Source: Candidatus Bathyarchaeota archaeon (GTDB lineage Archaea; Thermoproteota; Bathyarchaeia; Bathyarchaeales; Bathycorpusculaceae). From it: a stretch of 29,378 nt of DNA. The first letter of the stretch is position 1. Each line of letters starts with the position of its first letter. Both the position numbers and the translations under genes were made by a program. The notes under the pieces were generated by a model. That model saw only the letters and a program-made list of their open reading frames with translations, ran no database searches and was not told the DNA's origin. Location: contig CAVZJV010000010.1 of NCBI GenBank assembly GCA_963775685.1, positions 1 to 29,378 on the forward strand. The letters run 5' to 3'. Below are positions 8,896 through 18,768 of this stretch, piece after piece.

Positions 8896-9639
8896 TTGGA
8901 GAACCAAGAAGGAATTGAGAAACTATACTTTGAGCTTGCAAGCGAAAGCAGATTTGCCATCCTTCGAGAGTTAAACAGAAAAAATGGCAAGATGAAAGAA
9001 ATCGCAGGCCAACTAAACTTAACCACTACTGAAACATTTAGGCAACTGCAACGTTTAAACGAAGCTTTATTTGTGGTGAAACAACCTGACGGCGGCTACA
9101 CCATCACAGAGTACGGCAGATTCGTGCTGCAACTTTCCACTTCCTTTGAATTCCTCTACAAGCATAGGCAATACTTTTCCACCCATGACTTTCGACGGCT
9201 GCCATACCAATTTCAGAATAGAATAGGTGAGCTTTCTTCAGCATCCCTGGGAACCGACACAATGGAAAACATCAATTTAGCCGAACGCATCACGCGGGAA
9301 GCAGAACAGTACATGTGGGGCGGAGGAATGGAGCAGTCGCTAAACATCAGCTCAATCCTTATGGAAAGCATCCCTAAAGGAGTGAAATACAAGTTCCTTT
9401 TTCCCCAACGGTTTATTAATCCCAGACCATTGCCGCCCAAGATGGCAGGCGCTATTGAGTGGAGAAGCTTTGAGGACTTGCCAGTAAACATTGTATTAAC
9501 TGAGAAAGAGGCAGGTATTAGTTTTTGTCTGGTGGAGGGAAAAGCGGATTATGTGGGTTTTGCAGGGAAAGATCCGGTGTTTTTGGGCTGGGTTAAAGAC
9601 TTATTTTGCTATTATTGGGAAAAAGGAAAACGCTTATAG
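8896..9639 (+). CDS. Winged-HTH transcriptional regulator, paralogue of 6047-6792; start TTG 8896 or ATG 8890
   Basis: [22 protein letters not shown]...YFSTHD...NRIGELS, with a GGTGA RBS. Confidence 0.9.
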   Translation: MENQEGIEKLYFELASESRFAILRELNRKNGKMKEIAGQLNLTTTETFRQLQRLNEALFVVKQPDGGYTITEYGRFVLQLSTSFEFLYKHRQYFSTHDFRRLPYQFQNRIGELSSASLGTDTMENINLAERITREAEQYMWGGGMEQSLNISSILMESIPKGVKYKFLFPQRFINPRPLPPKMAGAIEWRSFEDLPVNIVLTEKEAGISFCLVEGKADYVGFAGKDPVFLGWVKDLFCYYWEKGKRL

Positions 9640-10359
9640 ACTGATGGCTCCTGGACCACAGTATTCTGTTAATTTTACCCAGAAAACTTGGATATCTTCT
9701 ATGGTAAGGAAGGTCTGACCATACTCAATATTTTTTACTGCCGTCATATCTGTTTCTGAGAATGCTTTGATGCAGAAATATGCTGCTGGAAATCCCGCCA
9801 TCATGCCTTGATGCCAGAAATTCTCGCGCACACCTTCCGACATTTTGGCGTTTGGTCTATTGTATCCGTAGAACGGCATCGAGAGATCTTTAAAGAATTG
9901 TGCACGGTCAGCAACGACGTTTGCGCGTAATTGGTCAAAAACTTGTATTGGTAACCCTCCAGGATTATCATCTGTTTTAACCATTAAAGGTGAAACCGAG
10001 CCAATAAGTACAATTTTTGCCAATCTTTTGGTTCCATGGCGACCTATGTATCTTGTAACTTCGCCCCCTCCAGTTGAATGCCCAACCAGAATTACATTTT
10101 TTAAGTCAAGCTTTTCTATGAACTCACTAAGATCGTCTGCATAAGTGTCCATGTCATTTCCGTTCCAAGGTTGACTTGAGCGTCCGTGCCCTCGTCGGTC
10201 ATGTGCAATACAGCGGTAACCTTTAGGCACCAGATAGAACATTTGATCTTCAAACGCATCTCCATTTAGAGGCCAACCATGACTGAAAACAACTGGTTGT
10301 CCTTTGCCCCAATCTTTATAATAAATCTTCGTTCCATCTTTGGTAATAATATTAGGCAT
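9634..10359 (-). pseudogene. cpo: Non-heme chloroperoxidase (alpha/beta hydrolase), C-terminally truncated near 9740
   Basis: [37 protein letters not shown] and AFSETD. Similarity then stops in all frames, so the catalytic Asp and His region is missing. Confidence 0.88.
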
Positions 10360-10815
10360 TTCAATAAACTTCTATTCCAACAAAGGAGCATGAATATTTT
10401 AGCTTTTGTGACTTCGGATCAACTACAACAACAAAACTTTGAAAAACCCAAATAAAAAACACCCCCCTAACCACAGTTCTAAGACAAAAAAAGTCAAAAT
10501 CCAACTCCCAACCTACACCCCAGCCTACTACAAGAAATCAAAAACTACATAGAAGAAACAGCAAAACAATATAACAAACCTAACATGCATTACTATCGCA
10601 ATATCAATTGTTACAATACTTATCTTTAAGGTCGTCTGAAGCTCCCACTCGGGCTTATGCAAAGCCACTCCACCGGTTAATTTCCGTTTCCAAAGCTATT
10701 CTATGGAATTCAGGTATTCGATTACTGCACGAAAATGATTTAGATATAGATTAATATTTTTAACTTGTTTAATCTCGATGGGATTATGTTGGAATAGTCT
10801 TTAAAGATGTGATTT

Positions 10816-11182
10816 ATGATGGATTGGATAGATGAATGGATATCTGTTGGCAGTTTATTAGATTCAGAGAATGTTGATGAACTTAAAGAAGACAATATTG
10901 ACATCATAATAGATGCCTAGGGTATTATTTGACCGTCATGGGCTCGGATATACTCCTATTATTGAAAAGGTTCTAAAGGTAGGAGAAGTTTTAACTTGTA
11001 TCTCAAATATGAAAGTCAAAGTTCTAATTCATTGTCTGTGGGGGATAGATAGAACACCTTTCGTAGCTATGGTATATGTAGCTAGAAAGTATAATAAAAA
11101 AAGCACGGATGCTTATGCATATGTAAAGGAAAAACATCCTTGAACCGTCTATCATTGGGATTGGATTAAAATGTTAAAGTGA
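10816..11182 (+). pseudogene. Dual-specificity/protein-tyrosine phosphatase family gene; frameshift near 10918 and in-frame TGA at 11141
   Basis: MDWIDEWISVGS...IDIIIDA joins RVLF...VLIHCLWGIDRT (HCxxGxxR)...AYAYVKEKHP*TVYHWDW. Confidence 0.8.
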
Positions 11183-11398
11183 TAAATATGAGTGAAGAGC
11201 GCGCCAGTTAGTTGCCAAATTCAGATTTTGATAGACTTTATTAGGTTTCATGAGTTAGAGGACAGTTTTGGTTTTCGCATCTGTCTTTTACAAGTTTGCA
11301 GTAACCACCTTTCCCGTATCTGCACGCCTTTTTGCGCTGCCCTGCAAAAAAATTTTACACTGGAAAAAAGTGGAGACCTGAAATTTTCCGCAGATTCA

Positions 11399-11725
11399 TT
11401 ATGTGTTATGGGTTAGCGCTACAATCAGCCCAATTATTGCGCCAAGTAAAACCAGCAAGCCGCCCAGTCCACCGCCGATAAGTCCCACAATTATCAGCAC
11501 TATAGCCCACACAAGAGTAGTAACGCTTCTTGCACCAACGATCGCTATGACACCGCAGATTAACATTACAATTCCACTGTACCCAAAAGAGTAGACACTC
11601 CAATAGAAGAATGAGGGGCCTCCGAATCCTATTGATAATAAACTCAGCAACCCAAAGATTACCAGCAGAATGCCACCGACAAGCGCTAAGACATAAGCCA
11701 CTTGCCCTATAGAAGTTCGAGCCAT
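11399..11725 (-). CDS. Small Gly-rich membrane protein
   Basis: Three to four TM segments with GGGLGGLLVLLGAIIGLI; GGAGGAG RBS. Confidence 0.85.
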   Translation of the reverse strand: MARTSIGQVAYVLALVGGILLVIFGLLSLLSIGFGGPSFFYWSVYSFGYSGIVMLICGVIAIVGARSVTTLVWAIVLIIVGLIGGGLGGLLVLLGAIIGLIVALTHNT

Positions 11726-12087
11726 TTGATCCGTTCTCCTCCTGCCTGGATACTATTTCGGCAGGTAGCACTTATAAAATTTTTTAGGTTTATCTTTGCC
11801 TTTAGTTTCATGATGAACAAGTAACGCCTCAGCTTTAACTTCAGGCTCCACGATGGCAACTGCAGCTGCCACATCAACAACAGATAATTCAGCAGAAGCA
11901 TCTATTCTTTCGAGAAAATCAAGATTCAAACGCTGCATCTCCTCAGAAGAGAGCTCAACTACCTCACCTGGAAAAAACTCAACGTTTTAGACGAATAGGC
12001 AAAAACGTTTTCCACCCATATTTAAGAAAATAATCGTAGAAAACTTGAAATTAAATAACCACATTAATACTTTAGTTGGAGAATAAA

Positions 12088-12402
12088 ATGATTAACTGTG
12101 AAAGTTGTGGAGCTGACCTGTCTGAAGGGGCCAAATTCTGTTCAAATTGTGGGGCTCCCGTAGGCATAAAAGAAGAGTTTACAGTCCGCTCAGAGGATCT
12201 TGTAGCGAAAATCAAGGAACTGATTCATGAGGGAGACGTATCAAGAATCATCGTGAAAGACGAGAACAGCAAGATCCTTTTAGAAATACCAGTTTGGGCT
12301 GGCATTGTAGGAACAATATTAGCTCCTTGGCTGGCAGCTTTAGGCGCAATAGCAGCTTTAGCAACAAGATGCACCATCACAGTTATTAGGCAAAAAAGCT
12401 AG
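12088..12402 (+). CDS. Zinc-ribbon plus DUF4342 domain protein
   Basis: CESCG...AKFCSNCG followed by LVAKIKELIHEGDVSRIIVK...LLEIPV...APWLAALGAIAAL. GGAG RBS before ATG 12088. Confidence 0.88.
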   Translation: MINCESCGADLSEGAKFCSNCGAPVGIKEEFTVRSEDLVAKIKELIHEGDVSRIIVKDENSKILLEIPVWAGIVGTILAPWLAALGAIAALATRCTITVIRQKS

Positions 12403-12539
12403 CTAAAACAAAGCCTTTGAAAGATTACAGAAACGATGAAGACCTATTTTTATCCTCAATTGGGCAAATCTGAACCTTAAGGCCTTAAACTCAAATTGAT
12501 AAATGAGAGCTCCAAAACTGTTAGTGAAGATGATTAAGT

Positions 12540-12937
12540 ATGAAAGGATATTCAACATCAATCGAAGAAGAGACGAGAAAAAACTCTGATTTTAGAAGAG
12601 TGCTTTACACAGGCAAGTATAGCCAGCTTGTTTTGATGAACCTCAAACCCATGGAAGGAATAGGCTTGGAAACCCACACAGAAACAGACCAGTTCTTCAG
12701 ATTTGAGGAAGGCGAAGGCAAAGTTTCATTGACGGGATCGAGCACACAGTCAAAGACGGCGACGCAATAATAGTGCCTGCGGGAGCGCAGCATAACGTTG
12801 TCAACACCTCCAAAAACTTGGAGCTCAAACTCTATACAATCTATTCACCCCCAGAGCATCAAGACAAGGTCGTCCGCCACACCAAAGCAGAAGCCGAAAC
12901 TTCGCCGGAAGATTACGACGGCAAACCTACGGAGTAG
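12540..12937 (+). CDS. Cupin domain protein; frameshift near 12726
   Basis: NSDFRRVLYTGKYSQLVLM...IGLETH...DQFFRFEEGEG joins IDG...DGDAIIVPAGAQHNVVNT...LKLYTIYSPPEH...DGKPTE*. Confidence 0.9.
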
Positions 12938-13159
12938 CAGGCGCCAAATTTCTTCTTTCTTCTTTAAGTTCCTCCTTGTTTATTTTATTTTGGAAAAATA
13001 ATTAAGTTACTATGTCTTCTGCTTGTTGATTTCCTGAGTTTTGTTTCTAACCAACAAAGATTGGATTTTTGAAATAAGAGTGACTTTGTTGTCGCTTTGT
13101 TACAGTCACATATACTTAAGAAAGCTTGAACCCGCTAATAGATTGTTAAGGTGTAAGTC

Positions 13160-13348
13160 ATGCGCAAAAAAGAAACACAGCAACCTTCCCACACGCTTGG
13201 AGCGGCGTCATCTCAAGAGATACCAATTAGTGGAATAGAGCCAAGCCAGATTCCTTGTCCAGACTGCGGCAAAACCTTCAAGACCCATTCAGAAATGGAG
13301 AGACACAGAGATACAACGCACCACGAAACAAAAGGACACGAGGAATAA
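13160..13348 (+). CDS. Small C2H2-type zinc finger protein
   Basis: CPDCGKTFKTHSEMERHRDTTH; AAGGTG RBS. Confidence 0.8.
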   Translation: MRKKETQQPSHTLGAASSQEIPISGIEPSQIPCPDCGKTFKTHSEMERHRDTTHHETKGHEE

Positions 13349-13602
13349 CCACTAGTTAAAAAACAACATGGACCAACGACTATGCATTTATTGACATAAA
13401 AGTGAGTAGAAAAACCCCTCCCCACAGTTTGAAAAGAGCTTTTCGAAAACAAGCCATATGCCCCTCTCCTTAAATATAGAATCAACTTGAAATGAACCAA
13501 TTGATAGCTCTTCTGAATTGCGTGAACTACTTTTATTAAATACTTAAACTCCAAAATATGATCAATTAGACAAACTTATATGCGAATCATAATAATATTC
13601 GA

Positions 13603-13869
13603 TTATGCAGAGTGAAATTCAAGGCGAACTATTGCAGGCAAAAAAGGAAGCTTAAAAGATGCATTTTGCTGAAGGTCACTCAAAGAAGCCAAAATTCGGT
13701 AAACTTCTGCACGTGCGATTTTTGAAACCTTGGAAATTGTAACCGCAGGCGCTGATTTCTGTTGTACAAGGGTTAGATATACCTTGGCTTGGTTTGATGT
13801 AAGTCCAACCTCTATTAAACCAGACATTAAACCTTGGCCCATTTTTCCTTTCCCCCAAAACCTACTCAT
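13603..13869 (-). pseudogene. Truncated TrmB-family regulator (HTH only)
   Basis: LIEVGLTSNQAKVYLTL...ISKVSKIARAEVYRILASL, then similarity is lost. Confidence 0.75.
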
Positions 13870-14068
13870 AACTTATAGTTCTTAAGGTTTATCGTACTCA
13901 GAGTTGAACCAAATTTTCTATTCTACAATAGTTCAGATCAATTAATCATCCTATGGGTGCATTTGTGAGGATATTCCGTCCTCGCTAGTTGTTAAATTAA
14001 AAATGAATTATACTCTGTAAACCATACACAGTGATGTGTATTAAAATAAAAGAAAGGAAAAAAACAAA

Positions 14069-16744
14069 ATGAAAATACTAAAAAATAAAGTAACAACTAT
14101 GGCAATAATTATACTCTTCCTTCTTTCAATGTCAGTTTCAATAACACTAACGCAAATCACTAGTGCACATACACCTCCATATCAGATTCCTACATACGCC
14201 TTCCTAAGCATCTCTCCAAATCTTGTAGGCGTAGGCCAAACGATTAATGTAAACATGTGGATAAACTTCGTTCCTCCGACAGCAGGCACTTTGTTCGGTG
14301 ACAGATGGCAAAACTTCAAAGTTGATGTCATAAAACCTGATGGAACCAACGAAACACTTGGACCCTTCAGCTCAGATGACGCGGGCTCAAAACATACAAC
14401 ATACTCTCCTAGTACCCCCGGCAATTACACTTTTGTTTTCTACTTCCCAGGGCAAACAATAGCAGGAGCCAATCCACCTCCAGGAGGATTTTCTTCTTCT
14501 GTAGCAGCAACCATCGGTGACTACTATCAACCAAGCACGAGCGACCCCGTGACTATAACTGTGCAAGACGCACCAGTACCTGGTTATCCATCTAATCCAC
14601 TTCCGACACAATATTGGGAGCGACCTATAAACTCTATGAACACTGATTGGTATCAATTAGGCGGAAACTGGCTTGGACTCAAATCGAATTTCGGTGGTTC
14701 AACTGGACAATACAATGTCGCTTCAAACTTCAACCCTTATTCACAAGCACCAAACACAGCACACGTATTATGGACAAAACCCGTGGCTGAAGGCGGAATG
14801 ATGGGCGGTGAATTCGGAGGCACCGAACAAAGCAGCTACTACGCAACCTCACAATACGAAAACAAATTCAGTCCGGTAATCATTAACGGGATACTCTATT
14901 ATACTTTCTATCCAGGTTCTTCCACCAGTCCTGCTGGAACAGTTGCCGTTGACTTGCGCACGGGAAAAACACTTTGGACATCTGACCTTATGCGAACATT
15001 ACCCGATTCAAGACTTCCACAGAGCACATCCTCAGAAGGACCCACAACTGTTCTGAAATGCGGTCAAATCCTGAACTATGTAACGCCAAACCAATTCGGG
15101 GGTTTAACATATCTCTGGACAACTGGAACTCCAGTTGAAGTCGCCAAAGCGACCAATATCCGTTCAGGATCAACAACTTGGAATATGTTTGACGCTTTGA
15201 CTGGAAACTATATTCTAAGCTTAGTTAACGGAACAGCAGTAGGCGGCTTAGGCGGTTCAGCACTAACTGAAGATGAAGGTGGTAACTTGATAGGCTACTA
15301 CGTAACCTCAAGCAGACTTTACCAATGGAATTCAACATGGGCAATAATAAACTATTGCAATGCAACTGGCTTTAATACTAACCTATGGGCGTGGAGACCA
15401 CCACAAGGTGCCATAATACCCTTCGACTATGGAGTACAATGGTCCGTGACTATTCCTACAACAATCACCCAAAACGGAGTTACTGGAACAATCAGCCCAG
15501 CAATGACTATAAGCACCGGAGTTAGCCAAATCGTAGACGGAGTAGTAATAATAAATAACGTCGGCAACGGTGCATGGCAACCTGGCTGGACAGCCGAAGC
15601 AGGATTCAGTGCAACAGACGGAGCTTTGCTATATTTAAAGAATCAAACCCAGTCACCTTGGACAAGCATCTTACCTGGAGCCGCCGGCAATGGAGTGTAC
15701 ACTGAATACACAAGAGAATCACAATCATGGAGCGGATACAGCTTAACGACAGGCCAGAAAGTTTGGGGCCCAATAAAACCCGTTGAAGACTCATGGTCTT
15801 TCTATGACTGGTGGAGTTCAATTGCGGCCTACGGAAACCTATACGTCTGGACTTTAGGAGGACACGTATACGCTCTGAACATTACCACAGGTGTTGTCCA
15901 ATGGATATGGCAAACTCAATCAAGCGGTTACGAGACTACTTACGGAAACTGGCCAATATGGGTCTTTAACGACGGAGTAATGGGCGATGGCAAACTCTAC
16001 GTGTGTGGCGGACATGAATATAATCCACCCGTCTTCAAAGGCGCTAAACTCTATTGTCTCAACGCAACCACTGGAACAGAAATTTTCGAGACCTTAGGCT
16101 TTGACGTTGGAGGTCCCCCAGCTATCGCAGACGGACAATTGGTAGTTAAAAATTCCTATGACAACCAAATATACGCATATGGTGTGGGACCGAGTAAAAT
16201 AACTGTTAATGCTCCAAACGCTGCCGTTACAACAACAGGTCCTTTCACAATAACCGGTAGAGTCACAGACATTTCAGCAGGAGCTTCCCAATCCGCAGTT
16301 GCAGCTAACTTCCCCAATGGATTACCAGTTGTATCTGATGACAGCATGTCACAATTCATGGAAGCCGTATACCAGCAACAATCAATGCCTAATAATATCA
16401 CCGGAGTTCCAGTGGCTTTAAGTGTTCTCGATTCAAACGGTAACTACAGAACAATCGGTACTGCAACAACCAACGCCCTAGGAGACTTTAGTTTTGCATG
16501 GACACCAGATATACCTGGTGACTTTACAGTATATGCTACCTTCGCAGGAACACAATCCTACTATGGATCTACAGCGTCAACCGGTATGCATGCAGGCGTA
16601 CCTGCAGCAACACCAGCACCGACTCAAGCGCCAATACAATCAATGGCTGACCAATACTTCCTTCCATCAGTTGCAGCGATAATTGTTGTTATCATAATTG
16701 GATTCGCAGTGCTTGCATTGTTGATGCTCAGAAAAAAGCCATAA
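14069..16744 (+). CDS. Secreted, membrane-anchored PQQ-type beta-propeller cell-surface protein
   Basis: Signal peptide; repeated AVDLRTGKTLW, ALNITTGVVQW and CLNATTGTEIF blades; Ig-like domains; Pro/Thr linker; C-terminal TM plus RKKP. Confidence 0.9.
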   Translation: MKILKNKVTTMAIIILFLLSMSVSITLTQITSAHTPPYQIPTYAFLSISPNLVGVGQTINVNMWINFVPPTAGTLFGDRWQNFKVDVIKPDGTNETLGPFSSDDAGSKHTTYSPSTPGNYTFVFYFPGQTIAGANPPPGGFSSSVAATIGDYYQPSTSDPVTITVQDAPVPGYPSNPLPTQYWERPINSMNTDWYQLGGNWLGLKSNFGGSTGQYNVASNFNPYSQAPNTAHVLWTKPVAEGGMMGGEFGGTEQSSYYATSQYENKFSPVIINGILYYTFYPGSSTSPAGTVAVDLRTGKTLWTSDLMRTLPDSRLPQSTSSEGPTTVLKCGQILNYVTPNQFGGLTYLWTTGTPVEVAKATNIRSGSTTWNMFDALTGNYILSLVNGTAVGGLGGSALTEDEGGNLIGYYVTSSRLYQWNSTWAIINYCNATGFNTNLWAWRPPQGAIIPFDYGVQWSVTIPTTITQNGVTGTISPAMTISTGVSQIVDGVVIINNVGNGAWQPGWTAEAGFSATDGALLYLKNQTQSPWTSILPGAAGNGVYTEYTRESQSWSGYSLTTGQKVWGPIKPVEDSWSFYDWWSSIAAYGNLYVWTLGGHVYALNITTGVVQWIWQTQSSGYETTYGNWPIWVFNDGVMGDGKLYVCGGHEYNPPVFKGAKLYCLNATTGTEIFETLGFDVGGPPAIADGQLVVKNSYDNQIYAYGVGPSKITVNAPNAAVTTTGPFTITGRVTDISAGASQSAVAANFPNGLPVVSDDSMSQFMEAVYQQQSMPNNITGVPVALSVLDSNGNYRTIGTATTNALGDFSFAWTPDIPGDFTVYATFAGTQSYYGSTASTGMHAGVPAATPAPTQAPIQSMADQYFLPSVAAIIVVIIIGFAVLALLMLRKKP

Positions 16745-16766
16745 GATGAAAAACACAATGAAAACA

Positions 16767-16791
16767 ATTTTCCTCCCTTTTTTAGTTTTTT
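16767..16791 (+). terminator. Pyrimidine/oligo-T tract, putative archaeal terminator
   Basis: TTTTCCTCCCTTTTTAGTTTTTT-type tract about 25 nt after the stop codon. Confidence 0.5.
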
Positions 16792-17243
16792 GGAAAATTA
16801 AGTTGGGGCTGAGTAGGCTCTAGATAAAATTTAACTGTTGAAGCTGCAATCAAAAGAGGTTTTGCATTTCCTCTTTTCTCCTATTTCGGTTCCAGAGCCT
16901 CAGCTAGCCCAGAACCCAAGGCTACTATAAATCAGCTTTCATACATTCCGCTTGCTTAGTCCCAGCGTCCACAATAATTATTCCGATTAAAGTTACACCA
17001 AAATTTTTCGGTTTCCGAACCCATTTGGGGCTGCAACTCGGCGGACTTATTCTCTTTTTGGTTAAATGCGGGCGAGGTTTCAGATCATAGTTCAACTCGT
17101 CAAATAGCATCGTTCAAAGAATTTAGGTGTAGGGACTCATACCCGTTTGGGGTTAAGTCCGGTACGACTTATCCTTGTTGCAAAAAAGTTTGTTTAAGTG
17201 ATATTTTCAGGCTATTCAAATTAATTTTACTCTTTTAGTCATT

Positions 17244-17285
17244 GTGGTTTGAACCCAATTGGGTTCAAATCCCGCCCGGTCCACT
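17244..17285 (+). repeat. attR-like site: perfect 22-bp palindrome overlapping a 23-bp copy of the tRNA-Ala 3' end
   Basis: TTTGAACCCAATTGGGTTCAAA (17248-17269) is self-complementary, and 17261-17283 is identical to 1553-1575. Confidence 0.93.
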
Positions 17286-17607
17286 TAGCAACATTTTTGA
17301 TTTTCAAATGTTCAAGTTCGTCATTGTTTTCAGAATTTAACCCTTGTAATTTGGTTATTGCAGATTTCAATTTGTTAGATCCTTTTTTAGCGTTCTATCG
17401 GCATAGACGAAGAAGCATTGAAAAAGTATAACCCGTAAAAGAGCTACAGTTTAGGAATTGTGTCAGGGTTTTATACTCACAAGAACGTCTGATTTGAAGA
17501 TATGATACCCGATTAATCAAATAGTCGAGCTATCAAATTGGAAAAAAAGGTTATACCGCAAAGAAATTGAGTGCGTGCTACTTTAATGGTTTGTCAAAAC
17601 TCGGTTT

Positions 17608-18426
17608 TTACGGTTCGACCCCGACTTTACCGCCGTTCACTTCGATTAGGTTGGCGATTTCTTTTGAGGCTTTCTGCAGTTTCTCTTCTGGGTTCGGGTC
17701 GTTGGTTCGCATGGTCATATGAAGCTCGGTGAAGGGTTTGCTTTCCGTCCCCATCGCCGGATGCGACTTAATGTAGACGCCTTTGTTGGCAGCCATAATC
17801 TGGCCAATCAGTGGCGCCAATGCTGATTCTATTATGCCTTGCGCAAAGAGGCTTTTTTGGCAAAACACACATTCGCCTACTGCCTGCTTAATCAGGGGTG
17901 CAATTGACTCTGTGAAAATTGCCTCCATCTCAGCAGGGACACCCGGCAGAACAAGCAACAATGCGTCATCCATTTGTGTCCTCAGGCCAGGTGCTGTTCC
18001 GAGGGGGTTGGTTAGAGGCTGTGTTTCTTCTGGGAAGGAGGCCATTTTCATTCTGGGAGGTGTAAGCTCGATGTCTGTTGGCCACCCACGTTTTTTGGCG
18101 TATTCGATGCAGCGCTGCTTAACTATTTCCATCGCAGAGGGGTTCACTTCCAGTTTGCGTCCAAGCGCAACTGCGACGCCATGCAGGGTCATATCGTCAA
18201 AGGTTGGTCCAAGTCCACCTGTGGTGATTATAAAGTTGGGTTTGCGTGCTTTAGCTTCGTTTAAGGCGGCTGCGATTTCCCCTATGTTGTCTTGGATTAC
18301 GGTTATGCGTCGAACATTTGCGCCTAAGTTGGTGGCTTGTGTAGCGAGCCAATGTGCGTTTGTATTCATTATTTTGCCTATCAAAAGCTCGTTGCCTATG
18401 CATATGATTTCAACGTTAACCGTCAT
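17608..18426 (-). CDS. cinA: CinA-like molybdopterin-binding domain protein without a PncC domain
   Basis: EIICIGNELLIG...NTNA, TTGGLGPTFDDMT, NPLGTAPG and LPGVPAEM. Confidence 0.92.
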   Translation of the reverse strand: MTVNVEIICIGNELLIGKIMNTNAHWLATQATNLGANVRRITVIQDNIGEIAAALNEAKARKPNFIITTGGLGPTFDDMTLHGVAVALGRKLEVNPSAMEIVKQRCIEYAKKRGWPTDIELTPPRMKMASFPEETQPLTNPLGTAPGLRTQMDDALLLVLPGVPAEMEAIFTESIAPLIKQAVGECVFCQKSLFAQGIIESALAPLIGQIMAANKGVYIKSHPAMGTESKPFTELHMTMRTNDPNPEEKLQKASKEIANLIEVNGGKVGVEP

Positions 18427-18500
18427 GCAGCTGCCTCTTGTTATATGATAGGGATGAGGGTTCTTTTAAGCCGTTTGCGCCTACCCAAGATTATCCTTGC

Positions 18501-18734
18501 TTGATAGTCATTTCTATTACAATAGAAGATGGTTGGCAGGTAGCGCTAAGGGGAGAAACTCCAAGTAATAAAATTAAGTTCCAGAGCGGAAAAAACGGTG
18601 TCGCAAACGCTCGAATGCAGAACGAAGAGCCTAAAATCGGCGAATTTAGACTATTGATTCTGTCTTCATTAGCAGGTGTACTGTTAGGTTTTGCCAAATC
18701 TGGTTTTTTAATACTGGTACTCAAACTTTTTTAA
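18501..18734 (+). CDS. Possible small membrane-anchored protein; start uncertain
   Basis: Open frame with a hydrophobic C-terminus filling the intergenic gap. Confidence 0.35.
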   Translation: MIVISITIEDGWQVALRGETPSNKIKFQSGKNGVANARMQNEEPKIGEFRLLILSSLAGVLLGFAKSGFLILVLKLF

Positions 18735-18768
18735 TATCAGAATAGCTTACCCCTATAGGCGAGTACTT

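Larger units (their letters stand above)
1553..17283. mobile_element. tRNA-Ala-anchored genomic island (~15.7 kb) with no recognisable integrase
   Basis: Exact 23-bp direct repeat GGGTTCAAATCCCGCCCGGTCCA at 1553-1575 and 17261-17283. Accessory and truncated genes lie between, and a housekeeping-type CinA-like gene follows. Confidence 0.8.

Noticed and set aside
11141-11143. In-frame TGA as selenocysteine or recoding in the phosphatase
   Set aside because: It is not at the catalytic Cys, no SECIS-like hairpin is evident, the gene has a second lesion, and TGA is a normal stop elsewhere in the window.
1576-17260. Casposon or intact provirus
   Set aside because: No terminal inverted repeats inside the direct repeat, and no Cas1, PolB, integrase, capsid or terminase genes recognised.
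1580-17285. Classical integron attC sites or a CRISPR array
   Set aside because: The palindromes are too short and lack the R/L box architecture, and there is no intI. Spacing is irregular at kb scale with no cas genes.
17783-18448. Long antisense ORFs (also 217-609, 4885-5253, 5718-5942, 7783-8142, 22863-23162)
   Set aside because: They are reverse-strand shadows of well-supported genes and carry no motifs.
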